A stretch of 64,000 bases of DNA from an uncultured Comamonadaceae bacterium (lineage in GTDB: Bacteria > Bacteroidota > Bacteroidia > Flavobacteriales_D > Sanyastnellaceae): contig CAYMHW010000002.1 of assembly GCA_964390365.1 (NCBI GenBank), positions 7,786 to 71,785 of the forward strand, in the 5' to 3' direction. Positions within the stretch are counted from its first letter, which is position 1, and each line of letters opens with the position of its first letter. The notes under the pieces were generated by a model. That model had not been told where the DNA came from and did not search any database. It worked only from the letters and a program-made list of their open reading frames with translations. Made by a program: the position numbers and the translations under genes. Positions 1 to 9,909 of the stretch are shown here, piece after piece.

Positions 1-81
1 GTCAGGGGATTGGATGTTGATTTGGTTTTGAGCAAAAGCCATCACAGGCAGGAACAGCACGGAGATCGTCAAAAATTTCAT
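1..81 (-). CDS. 5' end of a secreted-protein gene running off the left edge (partial)
   Basis: Reverse-strand ATG at 81-79. My translation is MKFLTISVLFLPVMAFAQNQINIQSPD, a typical signal peptide, open to position 1. Absent from the ORF track because no stop lies in the window. Confidence 0.4.
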   Translation of the reverse strand, partial: MKFLTISVLFLPVMAFAQNQINIQSPD

Positions 82-210
82 AGCGAGGTTTTGAAGGCGA
101 CAAGTTACGATGTTCACCAAGGTCTTTGGGAAAATTAGCGTTCATCGGCCCGGCATGCGCAGCTGAAATCGGTAAATTGCCGCTTCATCGAGCACCTCGA
201 AACCCACCAC

Positions 211-1818
211 ATGTTGAAATTGATTCTGAGCAGGGCTGCCTTAGCCGTTCTCCTATTTCCAGCCATCGCTTGGGCCCAAGGCCCCGATCGCGAAGCACAA
301 GCCCAAAAATTCAGTACCCTCCTCTACTACATCGACGAGATTTACGTCGATTCCGTAAATGCGAGCGATTTGGTGGAATCCGCCATCGTGGCCATGTTGG
401 AAGAAATGGACCCGCATTCGGTGTACATCCCCGCAGAGGAACTTCAAGCTGCTGACGAGCCCCTCAACGGCAACTTCGAAGGCGTTGGCATCCAATTCAA
501 CATCTTCAAAGACACCATCATGGTGGTGAGCCCGATTTCCGGTGGGCCTTCTGAGAAACTGGGCATCCTGGCTGGCGACCGCATCGTTACCGTGGACGGG
601 GAAGTCGTCGCGGGCACCGGCGTAACCAACTCGGACGTGCAGCGGTTGCTCAAGGGCCCGAAAGGAACGGTCGTCACCGTGGGCATCAAGCGGTCAGGGG
701 TGAAGGAATTGATTGAGTTCGAAATCATCCGGGATAAGATTCCGATTTTCTCCGTCGATGCTGCGTTCATGGTGAGCCCTGAAATCGGCTACATCAAGGT
801 CAATCGCTTTGCCAAAACCACCATGGAGGAGTTCATGGTCGCATTGGCCGATTTGAAGGCCGCAGGGATGAAGGACCTCATTTTGGACTTGCAAGGCAAC
901 GGGGGCGGCATGCTGCGGACGGCTACCCACATGGCCGACACCTTTTTGTCCGATGACAAGCTCATCGTCTACACCGAAGGCCGCGCCTTCCCGAAAGAGG
1001 AAACCAATGCGTTCCGCCGCGGTGGATTCGAAGAAGGGCGGTTGTGCGTCCTCATCGACCAGGGCTCGGCGTCCGCATCGGAAATCGTCTCGGGTGCGGT
1101 GCAAGATTGGGATCGCGGATTGATTGTGGGGCGCCGGAGTTTCGGAAAAGGACTCGTCCAACGTCCCGTCAATTTGCCTGATGGTTCGGCGGTCCGCTTG
1201 ACCGTTCAGAAGTACTACACCCCTTCCGGCCGGTGCATCCAAAAGCCCTATGACGAAGGCGTGGACGCTTACCGCGAGGAAAAGTATTCCCGGTATGAGA
1301 GCGGCGAATTGCTTTCGCTGGACAGCCTCGATTTGCCGGATTCTTTGCAATACCAAACCCTGTTGCGCAAGCGAACCGTCTACGGTGGCGGTGGCATTTT
1401 GCCCGACATCTTCGTGCCCCTCGACACGACGGACAATTCGCCCTATTTCTCGGACATCCTGCGCAAAGGATTGGACAGTCGGTACGCCCTGACCTACGTC
1501 GACAGCTTGCGGGAATCCCTCGAGGCGAAGTACCCAACGGAAGATGCATTCGTGGAAGGATTCCACCCGTCTCAGGAAGAAATCGATGCCTTCATTGCAT
1601 TCGTTGAACAAGAAGGGGTCGAGTTCAGTGCGGAAGATTGGGAGCGCTCCTCCGATGCGATTGTGCTCCGATTGCGCGCCATGATCGGCCGGAATCTCCA
1701 CGAAGGAAGCACCTTCTACCGCATCATCAGCGATTTGAACGAAACGCTTCAACGGGCCATTGAGGTCCTTGAGGACGGAACGTTTGACCGATCGAATCTT
1801 GCACATCGAACCTTCTAA
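211..1818 (+). CDS. C-terminal processing peptidase, S41A family (PDZ plus tail-specific protease domain)
   Basis: 535 aa with a signal peptide ending AIAWAQ, a PDZ-like GILAGDRIVTVDG segment, and S41 blocks LDLQGNGGGML and DQGSASASEIVSGA. Confidence 0.9.
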   Translation: MLKLILSRAALAVLLFPAIAWAQGPDREAQAQKFSTLLYYIDEIYVDSVNASDLVESAIVAMLEEMDPHSVYIPAEELQAADEPLNGNFEGVGIQFNIFKDTIMVVSPISGGPSEKLGILAGDRIVTVDGEVVAGTGVTNSDVQRLLKGPKGTVVTVGIKRSGVKELIEFEIIRDKIPIFSVDAAFMVSPEIGYIKVNRFAKTTMEEFMVALADLKAAGMKDLILDLQGNGGGMLRTATHMADTFLSDDKLIVYTEGRAFPKEETNAFRRGGFEEGRLCVLIDQGSASASEIVSGAVQDWDRGLIVGRRSFGKGLVQRPVNLPDGSAVRLTVQKYYTPSGRCIQKPYDEGVDAYREEKYSRYESGELLSLDSLDLPDSLQYQTLLRKRTVYGGGGILPDIFVPLDTTDNSPYFSDILRKGLDSRYALTYVDSLRESLEAKYPTEDAFVEGFHPSQEEIDAFIAFVEQEGVEFSAEDWERSSDAIVLRLRAMIGRNLHEGSTFYRIISDLNETLQRAIEVLEDGTFDRSNLAHRTF

Positions 1819-1850
1819 CTCCTAACTTTACCTCATCAAAACACGCACCG

Positions 1851-2357
1851 ATGAAATTGTCTCAACTTCCGCTCTTGGCAGCGATTGCCGCAGCCACCAC
1901 GTTGTTCTCCTGCGCTGAAGGCGGCGACGCAACCGCCCCCGCCTCAGGAACGGAAACCTCGAACGAAGCCCAGCCTGACAAGGCGATGGACCCTGCTCGC
2001 GCGGAGGCCGCGACGCCGGCAGCCCCCACGACCACGATGACCTTTACGGAGTACGAACACGACTTCGGTACGATGAACGAGGGCGACGTGGTGACCCACG
2101 TCTTCGAATTCACGAACACGGGCAATGAGCCGTTGGTGTTGTCGAACTGCAAGGGGTCATGCGGCTGCACGGTGCCGCAATGCCCGAAGGAGCCCATCGC
2201 ACCGGGTGCGACGGGAAGCATCGAAGTGAAGTTCAACTCGAAGGGCAAGAAAAACGCGCAAACGAAGCGGGTCACCATCGACGCGAACACCGATCCTGCC
2301 CAGACGATTTTGACCATCACGGCCAACGTCACCCCGAATCCCATGTTGGCGAATTGA
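1851..2357 (+). CDS. DUF1573 domain lipoprotein
   Basis: Signal/lipobox LFSC, an Ala/Thr/Pro-rich linker, then the DUF1573 signature FEFTNTGNEPLVLSNCKGSCGCTVPQ. Confidence 0.8.
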   Translation: MKLSQLPLLAAIAAATTLFSCAEGGDATAPASGTETSNEAQPDKAMDPARAEAATPAAPTTTMTFTEYEHDFGTMNEGDVVTHVFEFTNTGNEPLVLSNCKGSCGCTVPQCPKEPIAPGATGSIEVKFNSKGKKNAQTKRVTIDANTDPAQTILTITANVTPNPMLAN

Positions 2358-2380
2358 TCGCCAAGAACCTAATTTTTCAA

Positions 2381-2409
2381 CCCGAATGCTCCGGCATTCG
2401 GGTTTTTTT
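2381..2409 (+). terminator. Rho-independent terminator after the DUF1573 gene
   Basis: Stem CCCGAATGC (2381-2389) pairs with GCATTCGGG (2394-2402), followed by TTTTTTT. Confidence 0.75.
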
Positions 2410-2428
2410 CGCTCGAATGTTGGCACCA

Positions 2429-2875
2429 ATGAAAAACACCCTGCTCTTGTTCGCGATGCTCGGCCTCGTCGGTTTCGGGTTCGCCCAAGAATCTCCCTCC
2501 ATCGGCATCCGTGGTGGATTGGCCAATGGTTTGTCCCTGAAGTGGTTCCTTTCCGGCGATACGGAAGCCGTTGAAGGCATCGTGACCATTCGCAGTACGG
2601 GCGCCACGTCAACCCTCGCGGTCACGGCGCTTTACGAATTGCACAACTACGACTTCGCTTCAGCCGATTTGCGCTGGTACTATGGCGCGGGGCCGCATTT
2701 GGCCATGAGCCCGGAAGTCACGGACATCGGCATCGACGGCATCATCGGCATCGAATACCGCATCAACCAAGGCCCCATCAGCTTGAGTGCCGACTGGAAG
2801 CCGAGTTTGGCCATCATCGGTGCGGGCGGCTTGGTGGGCGATGAAGGGGCAATCACCTTGAGGTATCGCTTGTAA
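2429..2875 (+). CDS. Small outer-membrane beta-barrel-like protein (hypothetical)
   Basis: Internal ATG at 2429 (alternative 2417) gives MKNTLLLFAMLGLVGFGFAQ as a signal peptide. Alternating hydrophobic strands and a C-terminal aromatic-rich end (TLRYRL). The ORF-track start at 2159 overlaps the upstream gene and terminator. Confidence 0.6.
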   Translation: MKNTLLLFAMLGLVGFGFAQESPSIGIRGGLANGLSLKWFLSGDTEAVEGIVTIRSTGATSTLAVTALYELHNYDFASADLRWYYGAGPHLAMSPEVTDIGIDGIIGIEYRINQGPISLSADWKPSLAIIGAGGLVGDEGAITLRYRL

Positions 2876-2880
2876 GGACA

Positions 2881-2910
2881 AAAAAAGGAGGCTCGACGGC
2901 CTCCTTTTTT
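2881..2910. terminator. Bidirectional terminator between convergent genes
   Basis: AAAAAA, then GGAGGC (2887-2892), loop TCGACG, GCCTCC (2899-2904), then TTTTTT. U-run available on both strands. Confidence 0.75.
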
Positions 2911-2925
2911 CATTCAATGGGGAAA

Positions 2926-4188
2926 TCACATCTTCCCCTTCATCATCCTGTTCCAGTACAAGTAGGGCAAACCGTACTTCTTCAAGATCCACATGCTCCA
3001 ATTCTCCTTCGTGGTGTCCACGAATTTGCTCAAGAACGGATCGCTGTCGCGGACGTTGTCGTACTTGAACTCCGCAAGGACCATCTTGCCATATCCGGTG
3101 ACCAACGGGCAGGAGCTGTATCCTTCGTAACGCTTTTCGCCGAGCGACTTCGCCTTGATGAGGGTGAGGATGTTCTCAACGACCACCGGAGCCTGTTTCC
3201 GAACTGCCGCTCCGGTCTTTGCTGTCGGCAACGCGGCCACGTCTCCCAAGCCGAACACGTTCGGGAATTCGTTGTGCTGGAGGGTGAATTTATCCACGTT
3301 CATCCAGCCCTTTGACGGCCCGTCTTGGTGGGCCAGCGGGCTGGCCTTCACGAAGTCGGGGGCGCTTTGCGGCGGTGCCAAGTGCAGCATTTCGTAGGGC
3401 ATCACGACCGTGGTCTCGCCGGCCAAATCTTCGCCGAGCGGGTTGCCGTTTTGGATGACGCAGCCCGATTCCTCCTTCGTCCACCGGAAATGCACTTCCT
3501 TCTTCACGCTGTCGATTTTCACCGGTGAGTAGAACGTCTTCAAGTGGATGTTCTTGCGGTTGATGACTTGCGTGAGCGTTTTGGCAAAATCCTTAACGCC
3601 AAAAATCACACTGCCCGGCGTCGCAAAAATCACCTCGGCATCGTCGCGCACCCCAGCCTTCCGGAACGCGTCATCAGCGAGGTACATGATCTTCTGCGGA
3701 GCTCCGCCGCACTTGATGGGCGTAGCCGGCTGCGTGAACACGGCGTTGCCGCCTTTGAAGTTTTGGATGACGCGCCAGGTTTTTTCGGGATCGATGTAGT
3801 TCGAGCACACAAAATCCGTTTCCAAGGCTTCGCGCAACCCCTCGATGCCGTCCAGATCGTATTGCAAGCCCGGGCACACAACGAGGTAGTCGTACGTCAA
3901 ATCCCCGGAATTCTTGGTGCTCAGGGAGTTGTTCGCGGGATCGAACGTGGTCACCCCATCCTGCACCCACTTCACTCCCGCCGGGATGAGCGAAGCCATG
4001 TCGCGGCGGGTGTTGCCGTAGTTGTACGTCCCCGCCCCGACCAAGGTCCAAGCCGCTTGGTAATAGTGGTCCTTCGACGGATCGATGATGGCAATGTCCA
4101 GCGATGAATTGTGATTCCGAAGCTGGGCTGCGGTCATGATGCCAGCGGTTCCGCCGCCGACAATGAGGATTTGATGGTGTGCGCTCAT
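2926..4188 (-). CDS. sqr: Type II (SQRDL-like) sulfide:quinone oxidoreductase
   Basis: 420 aa. FAD fold ILIVGGGTAGI, HYYQAAWTLVGAG, redox cysteines in PIKCGGAPQKIMY and YSSCPLVTGY, C-terminal LYWNRMMKG. Collinear with mitochondrial-type SQR as I recall it. Confidence 0.85.
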   Translation of the reverse strand: MSAHHQILIVGGGTAGIMTAAQLRNHNSSLDIAIIDPSKDHYYQAAWTLVGAGTYNYGNTRRDMASLIPAGVKWVQDGVTTFDPANNSLSTKNSGDLTYDYLVVCPGLQYDLDGIEGLREALETDFVCSNYIDPEKTWRVIQNFKGGNAVFTQPATPIKCGGAPQKIMYLADDAFRKAGVRDDAEVIFATPGSVIFGVKDFAKTLTQVINRKNIHLKTFYSPVKIDSVKKEVHFRWTKEESGCVIQNGNPLGEDLAGETTVVMPYEMLHLAPPQSAPDFVKASPLAHQDGPSKGWMNVDKFTLQHNEFPNVFGLGDVAALPTAKTGAAVRKQAPVVVENILTLIKAKSLGEKRYEGYSSCPLVTGYGKMVLAEFKYDNVRDSDPFLSKFVDTTKENWSMWILKKYGLPYLYWNRMMKGKM

Positions 4189-4270
4189 GAGCTTTGTTCG
4201 TTGCGAGGTTAAATCGCGTCCAAACTACACGGCTGCCCCAACGAAAAGCGTGACCTCAGTCGCATAAACG

Positions 4271-4298
4271 AAAAAAGGAGGGCTTTCGCCCTCCTTTT
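4271..4298 (-). terminator. Rho-independent terminator downstream of trxA (hairpin also usable on the plus strand)
   Basis: GGAGGGC (4277-4283), loop TTTC, GCCCTCC (4288-4294), flanked by an A-run and a T-run. Confidence 0.7.
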
Positions 4299-4316
4299 CT
4301 TGAACAATCGAATGAA

Positions 4317-4625
4317 TCAGTTGTTTTCGAACGGCTTCACCGCAGCCTCCAGCTGGGATTTCGTGTGGTATCCGCTCGCCCGCCACACCAGTTCGCCCGC
4401 CTTGAACAGCAAGAGCGTGGGCACGCCCCGGATGCCGAAGGCTTGGCCCAGTTGTGGGTTTTGGTCGATGTTCACCTTCAATACGCGCAACTGCTCGCTG
4501 TGCGAAGCAGCCAACGAATCGATTTCGGGCATCATGGCTTGGCACGGACCGCACCAATCCGCGAAGACGTCCACCAACACTGGCGTTTCTCCCGAAATCA
4601 AGTCTTTGAAACTCTCCTTGGCCAT
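4317..4625 (-). CDS. trxA: Thioredoxin
   Basis: 102 aa with the WCGPC active site and thioredoxin-fold length. Confidence 0.92.
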   Translation of the reverse strand: MAKESFKDLISGETPVLVDVFADWCGPCQAMMPEIDSLAASHSEQLRVLKVNIDQNPQLGQAFGIRGVPTLLLFKAGELVWRASGYHTKSQLEAAVKPFENN

Positions 4626-4628
4626 GGC

Positions 4629-4940
4629 TCAGGCGAGGTGAGCGATGGATCCGAATCCGCCCAAATTGAAGGCGTTTTCAAATCCGTTCGACTTCAAGAA
4701 CTGGGTGGCCGCACCGCTGCGCGCGCCGCTGCGGCAGTAGAGGAAGTGGTTCTGGGATTTGTCGAGGGACGCCAATTGGCCTTCCATCTCCCCTCCCATC
4801 CAATCGATGACCTTCGCCCCCGGCCAGGTGCCTTCAGCAGCCTCGCCACGGGTCCGACAATCGATCACCACGCCGCCTTCAGCTTGCAACTTTTGCACAA
4901 ACTGCTCCGCGGTCAAATCTGTTTTGGGTCCAAAGAACAT
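4629..4940 (-). CDS. Single-domain rhodanese (sulfurtransferase)
   Basis: 103 aa with active-site loop YCRSGARS. The stop lies 3 nt before the trxA start. Confidence 0.85.
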   Translation of the reverse strand: MFFGPKTDLTAEQFVQKLQAEGGVVIDCRTRGEAAEGTWPGAKVIDWMGGEMEGQLASLDKSQNHFLYCRSGARSGAATQFLKSNGFENAFNLGGFGSIAHLA

Positions 4941-5015
4941 GATGTTGTTTTTTTCGGCAAAGTTGAGGCGCGAAGGCCAGCTTGTCCGTGAACGAAGTCA
5001 CACTCGCTTCGGTGC

Positions 5016-5023
5016 TATCTTCG
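5016..5023 (+). promoter_or_regulatory. Candidate -7 promoter box (TATCTTCG) 7 nt upstream of the prfC ATG
   Basis: One-mismatch variant of the Bacteroidota TAnnTTTG element. Same octamer as upstream of ligA. Confidence 0.3.
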
Positions 5024-5030
5024 CGCCGCC

Positions 5031-6629
5031 ATGTCGCAAATCACAGAAGAAATCGCCCAGCGGCGGACGTTCGCCATCATCAGCCACCCGGACGCCGGAA
5101 AGACCACCCTGACGGAGAAATTCCTCCTTTTCGGTGGTGCCATCCAAACCGCCGGCGCCGTCAAGAACAACAAGATCACGAAGACCGCCGCATCCGATTT
5201 CATGGAGATCGAGCGGCAGCGGGGCATCTCCGTGGCGACCTCGGTCATGGCTTTTCACTACCGGGACAAGCTCATCAACCTGCTCGACACGCCGGGTCAC
5301 CGGGATTTCGCGGAGGACACGTACCGCACGCTGACGGCGGTGGACAGCGTCATCCTCGTGGTGGATTGCGTGAAGGGGGTGGAAGCCCAAACCGAGCGCC
5401 TGATGGAGGTCTGTCGGATGCGCGACACCCCCGTCATCATTTTCGTGAACAAGCTGGATTTGGAAGGCCAAGACCCGTTCGACCTCTTGGACGAATTGGA
5501 AACGAAGCTCAACATTCAGGTGCGGCCGCTCTCGTGGCCCATCAGCGGCGGGCAGTCGTTCAAGGGGGTGTATTCGCTTTATGATTCGAAGGTGCGGCTG
5601 TTCAATCCGGACAAAACCCGCATCGCAAAAGACGTCGTCGCCATCGATGACCTGAGCGACCCCACCCTCGACGAACTCGTCACCGGCCGCCACGCCGACC
5701 AGCTACGCGAGGACGTGGAACTCATCGATGGCGTCTACGAGCCCTGGGATGCCGCCCCCTACCTCGAAGGCAAGATGGCCCCCGTGTTCTTCGGGAGCGC
5801 CGTCAACAACTTTGGCATCCAGGAAATGCTGGACACGTTCATCGAAATCGCCCCGGACCCGCGCAAGCGACCCGCCGATGTCCGCGACGTAGTGCCCACC
5901 GAGCCCGCCTTCACCGGCTTCATTTTCAAGATCCACGCGAACATTGACCCCCGCCACCGGGACCGCATCGCCTTTTTGCGCGTCTGCAGCGGCACGTTCA
6001 AGCGCAACACGTTTTTCTACCACACGCGGTTGGACAAGAAGCTGAAGTTTGCGAATCCGGCGACGTTTTTGGCCCAGGATAAAAGCGTCATCGACGAGGC
6101 GTGGCCCGGCGATGTGGTGGGCCTCTACGACACCGGCAACTTCAAAATCGGCGACACCCTCACCGAAGGCGAACGCCTTCAGTTCCGGGGCATTCCCAGC
6201 TTTTCGCCCGAGATCTTCAAGGAATTGGTCAACAAGGACCCAATGAAGAGCAAGCAGCTCGAAAAAGGCATCGAGCAGTTGACGGACGAAGGCGTGGCCC
6301 AGCTGTTCATCCGCGAAGTCGGCAACCGCAAGATCGTGGGCACCGTGGGCGAACTGCAATTTGAGGTCATCCAATACCGTTTGGAGCACGAATACGGAGC
6401 CAAATGCGAATTCCAAGCGAAACCCTATTACAAGGCCTGCTGGCTCGTATCCACCAACGCCGAGAAGCTCGCGGAATTCAAGCGCATCAAGGGCACGGAC
6501 ATGGTGAAGGACAAAGACGGCAACGACGTGTTCCTCGCTCCCTCCAAGTTCCTGCTCGACATGGAAATCGGAAACTACCCCGAAATCACCTTCCACTTCA
6601 CCTCCGAATTCAAGACCGCAAAGGCTTGA
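5031..6629 (+). CDS. prfC: Peptide chain release factor 3
   Basis: 532 aa. GTPase motifs [18 protein letters not shown]. Full-length RF3 architecture. Confidence 0.95.
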   Translation: MSQITEEIAQRRTFAIISHPDAGKTTLTEKFLLFGGAIQTAGAVKNNKITKTAASDFMEIERQRGISVATSVMAFHYRDKLINLLDTPGHRDFAEDTYRTLTAVDSVILVVDCVKGVEAQTERLMEVCRMRDTPVIIFVNKLDLEGQDPFDLLDELETKLNIQVRPLSWPISGGQSFKGVYSLYDSKVRLFNPDKTRIAKDVVAIDDLSDPTLDELVTGRHADQLREDVELIDGVYEPWDAAPYLEGKMAPVFFGSAVNNFGIQEMLDTFIEIAPDPRKRPADVRDVVPTEPAFTGFIFKIHANIDPRHRDRIAFLRVCSGTFKRNTFFYHTRLDKKLKFANPATFLAQDKSVIDEAWPGDVVGLYDTGNFKIGDTLTEGERLQFRGIPSFSPEIFKELVNKDPMKSKQLEKGIEQLTDEGVAQLFIREVGNRKIVGTVGELQFEVIQYRLEHEYGAKCEFQAKPYYKACWLVSTNAEKLAEFKRIKGTDMVKDKDGNDVFLAPSKFLLDMEIGNYPEITFHFTSEFKTAKA

Positions 6630-6694
6630 GGAATTTTCATTTGATTGTGATGAAGGCGGGCTGCGCTTTCGCCCCGTGCTGTACCTTGCAAACC

Positions 6695-7336
6695 ATGAAC
6701 GCGGTTCGGAACATGCTCGCGGCATTGGGATTGGCGCTGGGATTGGGCGGAGCGATGGCTCAGCAGGACAGCCTCATGCTGCCCGATGTGATGCAGGTTT
6801 CCGGCATGGTGGTCGTGGGCGACTCGCTGACGCCGCTCCCGTTTGCCACGGTGTACCGGGTGCGCGATGAGCGCGGCACCATGACGGATGTGCGGGGCTT
6901 CTTTTCCTTGCCGGCTTTGGCTGGGGACACGTTGCGGGTGAGTTCCGTGGGCTACATCGCCAACGATTTTGTGGTGCCCGAGGAAAGCCTTGATGGCCGT
7001 TTTCGCACCGTCCAAATGCTGGAACAGGACACCGTCGTACTCGAGGAAGCGTTCATTTATCCGTGGCCAACGCGCGAGCGGTTTCGGGCGGACTTTTTGT
7101 CACTCGAAGTTGGACTGGATGCCTATTCCATTGGCAACCAACGCTTGCGCGACCTGAGCGACTACGACCGCCTCGTCTACATCGGCGATGACGCCGCGGG
7201 GGCCTATGCCGCCCAGATGCAGCAGCAAGCGGTCGCAGCGGGGCAACTCGGCACCATGCCCACGGTCAGCCTGTTGAACCCGCTGGCCTGGGCCCAATTC
7301 TTCCAAGCCCTGCGCAACGGCGATTTCAAGCGATGA
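6695..7336 (+). CDS. CarboxypepD_reg-like domain protein (secreted)
   Basis: ATG at 6695 gives signal peptide MNAVRNMLAALGLALGLGGAMAQ. VSGMVVVGDSLTPLPFATVY...GFFSL...GDTLRVSSVGY matches the carboxypeptidase regulatory-like fold. The track start at 6404 overlaps prfC. ATGA overlap with the next gene. Confidence 0.7.
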   Translation: MNAVRNMLAALGLALGLGGAMAQQDSLMLPDVMQVSGMVVVGDSLTPLPFATVYRVRDERGTMTDVRGFFSLPALAGDTLRVSSVGYIANDFVVPEESLDGRFRTVQMLEQDTVVLEEAFIYPWPTRERFRADFLSLEVGLDAYSIGNQRLRDLSDYDRLVYIGDDAAGAYAAQMQQQAVAAGQLGTMPTVSLLNPLAWAQFFQALRNGDFKR

Positions 7337-9879
7337 GGGGAATTGCGTTGGTGGTGTTCGGTTGGTGTTGGGCCGTGGTGGGCTGGGCCCAAAGCGGGAC
7401 CCTCAGCGGACGGGTGCTCGACGCAACGGGGGGCGTGCTGCCCGGAGCGACGGTCATTCCCACGGATTTCCCTCGCCTCGCGCGCACCACGGAAAACGAC
7501 GGAACGTACCGGATGGAATTGCCCGCGGGGCGGCCGTTGGAAGTGCGATTCAGCTTCGTCGGCTTCGAGCCGGTGGTTCGGATGGTGACGCTGGAAGACG
7601 GGGAAGACCGGACGGTTGACGTGCGGTTGCGGGCCGGGGTTTCGCTCGCAGCGTCGGAAGTCGTGGCCGATGGGGAGCGGACGGAGCCCGTGCGCCGCAT
7701 CGATCCGCGGGTAGCGGTGCGCATCCCCTCGCCGCGCGGGAGCATCGAGGACCTGCTGTTGCAGGCGCCCGTGAATTTCACGAGCGAGTTGAGCTCGGGG
7801 TACAACGTGCGGGGGGGCAGCTTCGATGAGAATTTGGTCTATGTCAATGACATCGAGGTCTATCGCCCGTTCCTCGTGCGCGCAGGACAGCAAGAAGGCC
7901 TCTCCTTTCCCAACCCCGACATGGTCGAATCCATCACCTTCAGCGCGGGCGGATTCGAGGCCAAATACGGCGACAAACTCAGCTCCGTCCTCGACATCCG
8001 CTACCGGAAACCGACCGAGTCCGGGACCCGCCTGAGCGCCAGCATGCTCGGGGTGCAGTGGCAGCAGGACGCGGTCAGTTCCGCGGATTTGGGCCAAAGA
8101 CACCGCATCACGCTGAACACCGGGCTGCGCTACCGCGACAACAGCTACGTGCTCGGCACCCTCGACGAAGGCGGCGAGTACCAGCCGCGCTACCTCGATG
8201 GGCAGGCGTTTCTGACGTACGATCCGGACGGATTTGGGCCGTGGGACGTTGAGGTGTTGGGCATGGTGGGCGCGAACCGCTACACGTTTTTTCCTGCGAC
8301 GCGCCAAACCGATGTCGGGAACATCAACGAGGCCCTGCGCTTGACCATCTACTTCGACGGGCAAGAACAAACCGCCTACACGACGGGCTTCGGTGCCGTG
8401 TCCATCAACCGCACGACGGAGAACACGCGGTGGCGCCTCATCGGCTCGGCCTTCCGCACGCAGGAGAGCGAGGAGTTTGACATCCTCGGGGCGTATTATT
8501 TGGATGAGTTGGATCGGGATTTGGGGTCGGACGAGCTGGGGTCGGTGTTGGTGAATCGGGGGGTGGGCGCGTTTTTGGATCACGCGCGGAATCGGTTGGA
8601 CGCTTCGGTGCTGAGCGTGGCGTTGAAAGGGTCGACCACGCCGCCGGGCTCGCGGCACTTCCTCGAGTGGGGCGTGAAAGCCACGCACGAGGACATCGCG
8701 GATGTGCTGAGCGAGTGGAGCCTCGTGGACTCCGCGGGGTACATCAGCCCGCACCCCTTGGACTCCATCGGCTACGCCGACGCCACTGAGCGGCCGGCCC
8801 AAACCATCGAACTGAACGACATCGTCCGCGCATCCAACCACGTGGTTTCGCAGCGTGCCCAGGCCTACTTCCAGGACTCGTGGTCGCGGGAGCGCGCGAA
8901 CGGCGGGCGGTGGGATTTCAATGCGGGGATTCGGGGGCATTTTTGGAGTTTCAACCAGCAGCTTGTGGGCGGACCGCGGGCGCGCATCGCCTACACGGCG
9001 CCCGAGGACACGTCGGGGACTTCGACGGTGTGGCGCTTGGCGGGCGGGTGGTATTACCAGCCGCCGTTCTACCGCGAAATGCGGTTCCTCGACGGTTCGG
9101 TCAACCCGGACATTCGGGCGCAACGGGCGGTGCACGCGGTGCTGGGGATGGACCGGGTGTTCATGATGTACGGGCGGCCGTTCAAGTTGGTCGGGGAACT
9201 GTACTACAAGGATTTGGACCAACTCATCCCCTACGAAATCGAAAACGTTCGGATGCGGTACTACGCGACGAACAACTCGCGGGGGTATGCCACCGGTTTG
9301 GACCTCATGCTCAACGGCGAGTTCATCGAAGGCGTGCAAAGTTGGATGCGCGCGAGTGTGATGAAAACCGCCGAAGACCTCGTCGATGACGGCTACTGGC
9401 AACCGCTTAACAGCGACGGGGAATACATCATTCAGGGCTTCACGCTCAACAACGAGGTGGTCGACAGCGTGCGCATCGAGCCGGGATTCATTCCGCGCCA
9501 AACCGACCAGCGATTCAACATGTCGCTGCTCTTCCAGGACGAAATGCCGGGGGATGACCGGTACAAGGTGTTGGTTTCGTTGTACTTCGGGACGGGACTG
9601 CCGTTTGGGCCGCCTTCATTCGAGCGCTACAAGGACATCCTGCGGACGCCGCCGTATCGCCGGGTGGACGTGGGGTTCTCGCGGGAACTGTTCACGCCGA
9701 CGGAGGACCGGCCGGAGCGGAAGGCTTCGGGGTTTGTCTCGGTGGAGGTGTTCAACATTCTGGGCATTCGGAACACCATCAACCACACGTGGATCGAGGA
9801 CGTGAACGGGAGGTTGTACGCCATTTCCAACTTCTTGACGGATCGGCGGGTGAACGTGAAAATCGGGCTGCGATTCTGA
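7333..9879 (+). CDS. TonB-dependent receptor (N-terminal CarboxypepD_reg plus plug plus barrel)
   Basis: 848 aa with a signal peptide, GTLSGRVLDATGGVLPGATV, plug-like region (NVRGGSFDENLVYVNDIEV), and C-terminal ...KIGLRF. Confidence 0.88.
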   Translation: MRGIALVVFGWCWAVVGWAQSGTLSGRVLDATGGVLPGATVIPTDFPRLARTTENDGTYRMELPAGRPLEVRFSFVGFEPVVRMVTLEDGEDRTVDVRLRAGVSLAASEVVADGERTEPVRRIDPRVAVRIPSPRGSIEDLLLQAPVNFTSELSSGYNVRGGSFDENLVYVNDIEVYRPFLVRAGQQEGLSFPNPDMVESITFSAGGFEAKYGDKLSSVLDIRYRKPTESGTRLSASMLGVQWQQDAVSSADLGQRHRITLNTGLRYRDNSYVLGTLDEGGEYQPRYLDGQAFLTYDPDGFGPWDVEVLGMVGANRYTFFPATRQTDVGNINEALRLTIYFDGQEQTAYTTGFGAVSINRTTENTRWRLIGSAFRTQESEEFDILGAYYLDELDRDLGSDELGSVLVNRGVGAFLDHARNRLDASVLSVALKGSTTPPGSRHFLEWGVKATHEDIADVLSEWSLVDSAGYISPHPLDSIGYADATERPAQTIELNDIVRASNHVVSQRAQAYFQDSWSRERANGGRWDFNAGIRGHFWSFNQQLVGGPRARIAYTAPEDTSGTSTVWRLAGGWYYQPPFYREMRFLDGSVNPDIRAQRAVHAVLGMDRVFMMYGRPFKLVGELYYKDLDQLIPYEIENVRMRYYATNNSRGYATGLDLMLNGEFIEGVQSWMRASVMKTAEDLVDDGYWQPLNSDGEYIIQGFTLNNEVVDSVRIEPGFIPRQTDQRFNMSLLFQDEMPGDDRYKVLVSLYFGTGLPFGPPSFERYKDILRTPPYRRVDVGFSRELFTPTEDRPERKASGFVSVEVFNILGIRNTINHTWIEDVNGRLYAISNFLTDRRVNVKIGLRF

Positions 9880-9909
9880 ATCTGAGGAAGGCGCCGTATT
9901 TTGGGCAGG

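Noticed and set aside
5031-6629. Possible programmed frameshift in the release-factor gene
   Set aside because: That feature belongs to prfB. This gene is prfC (a GTPase) and is a single uninterrupted frame.
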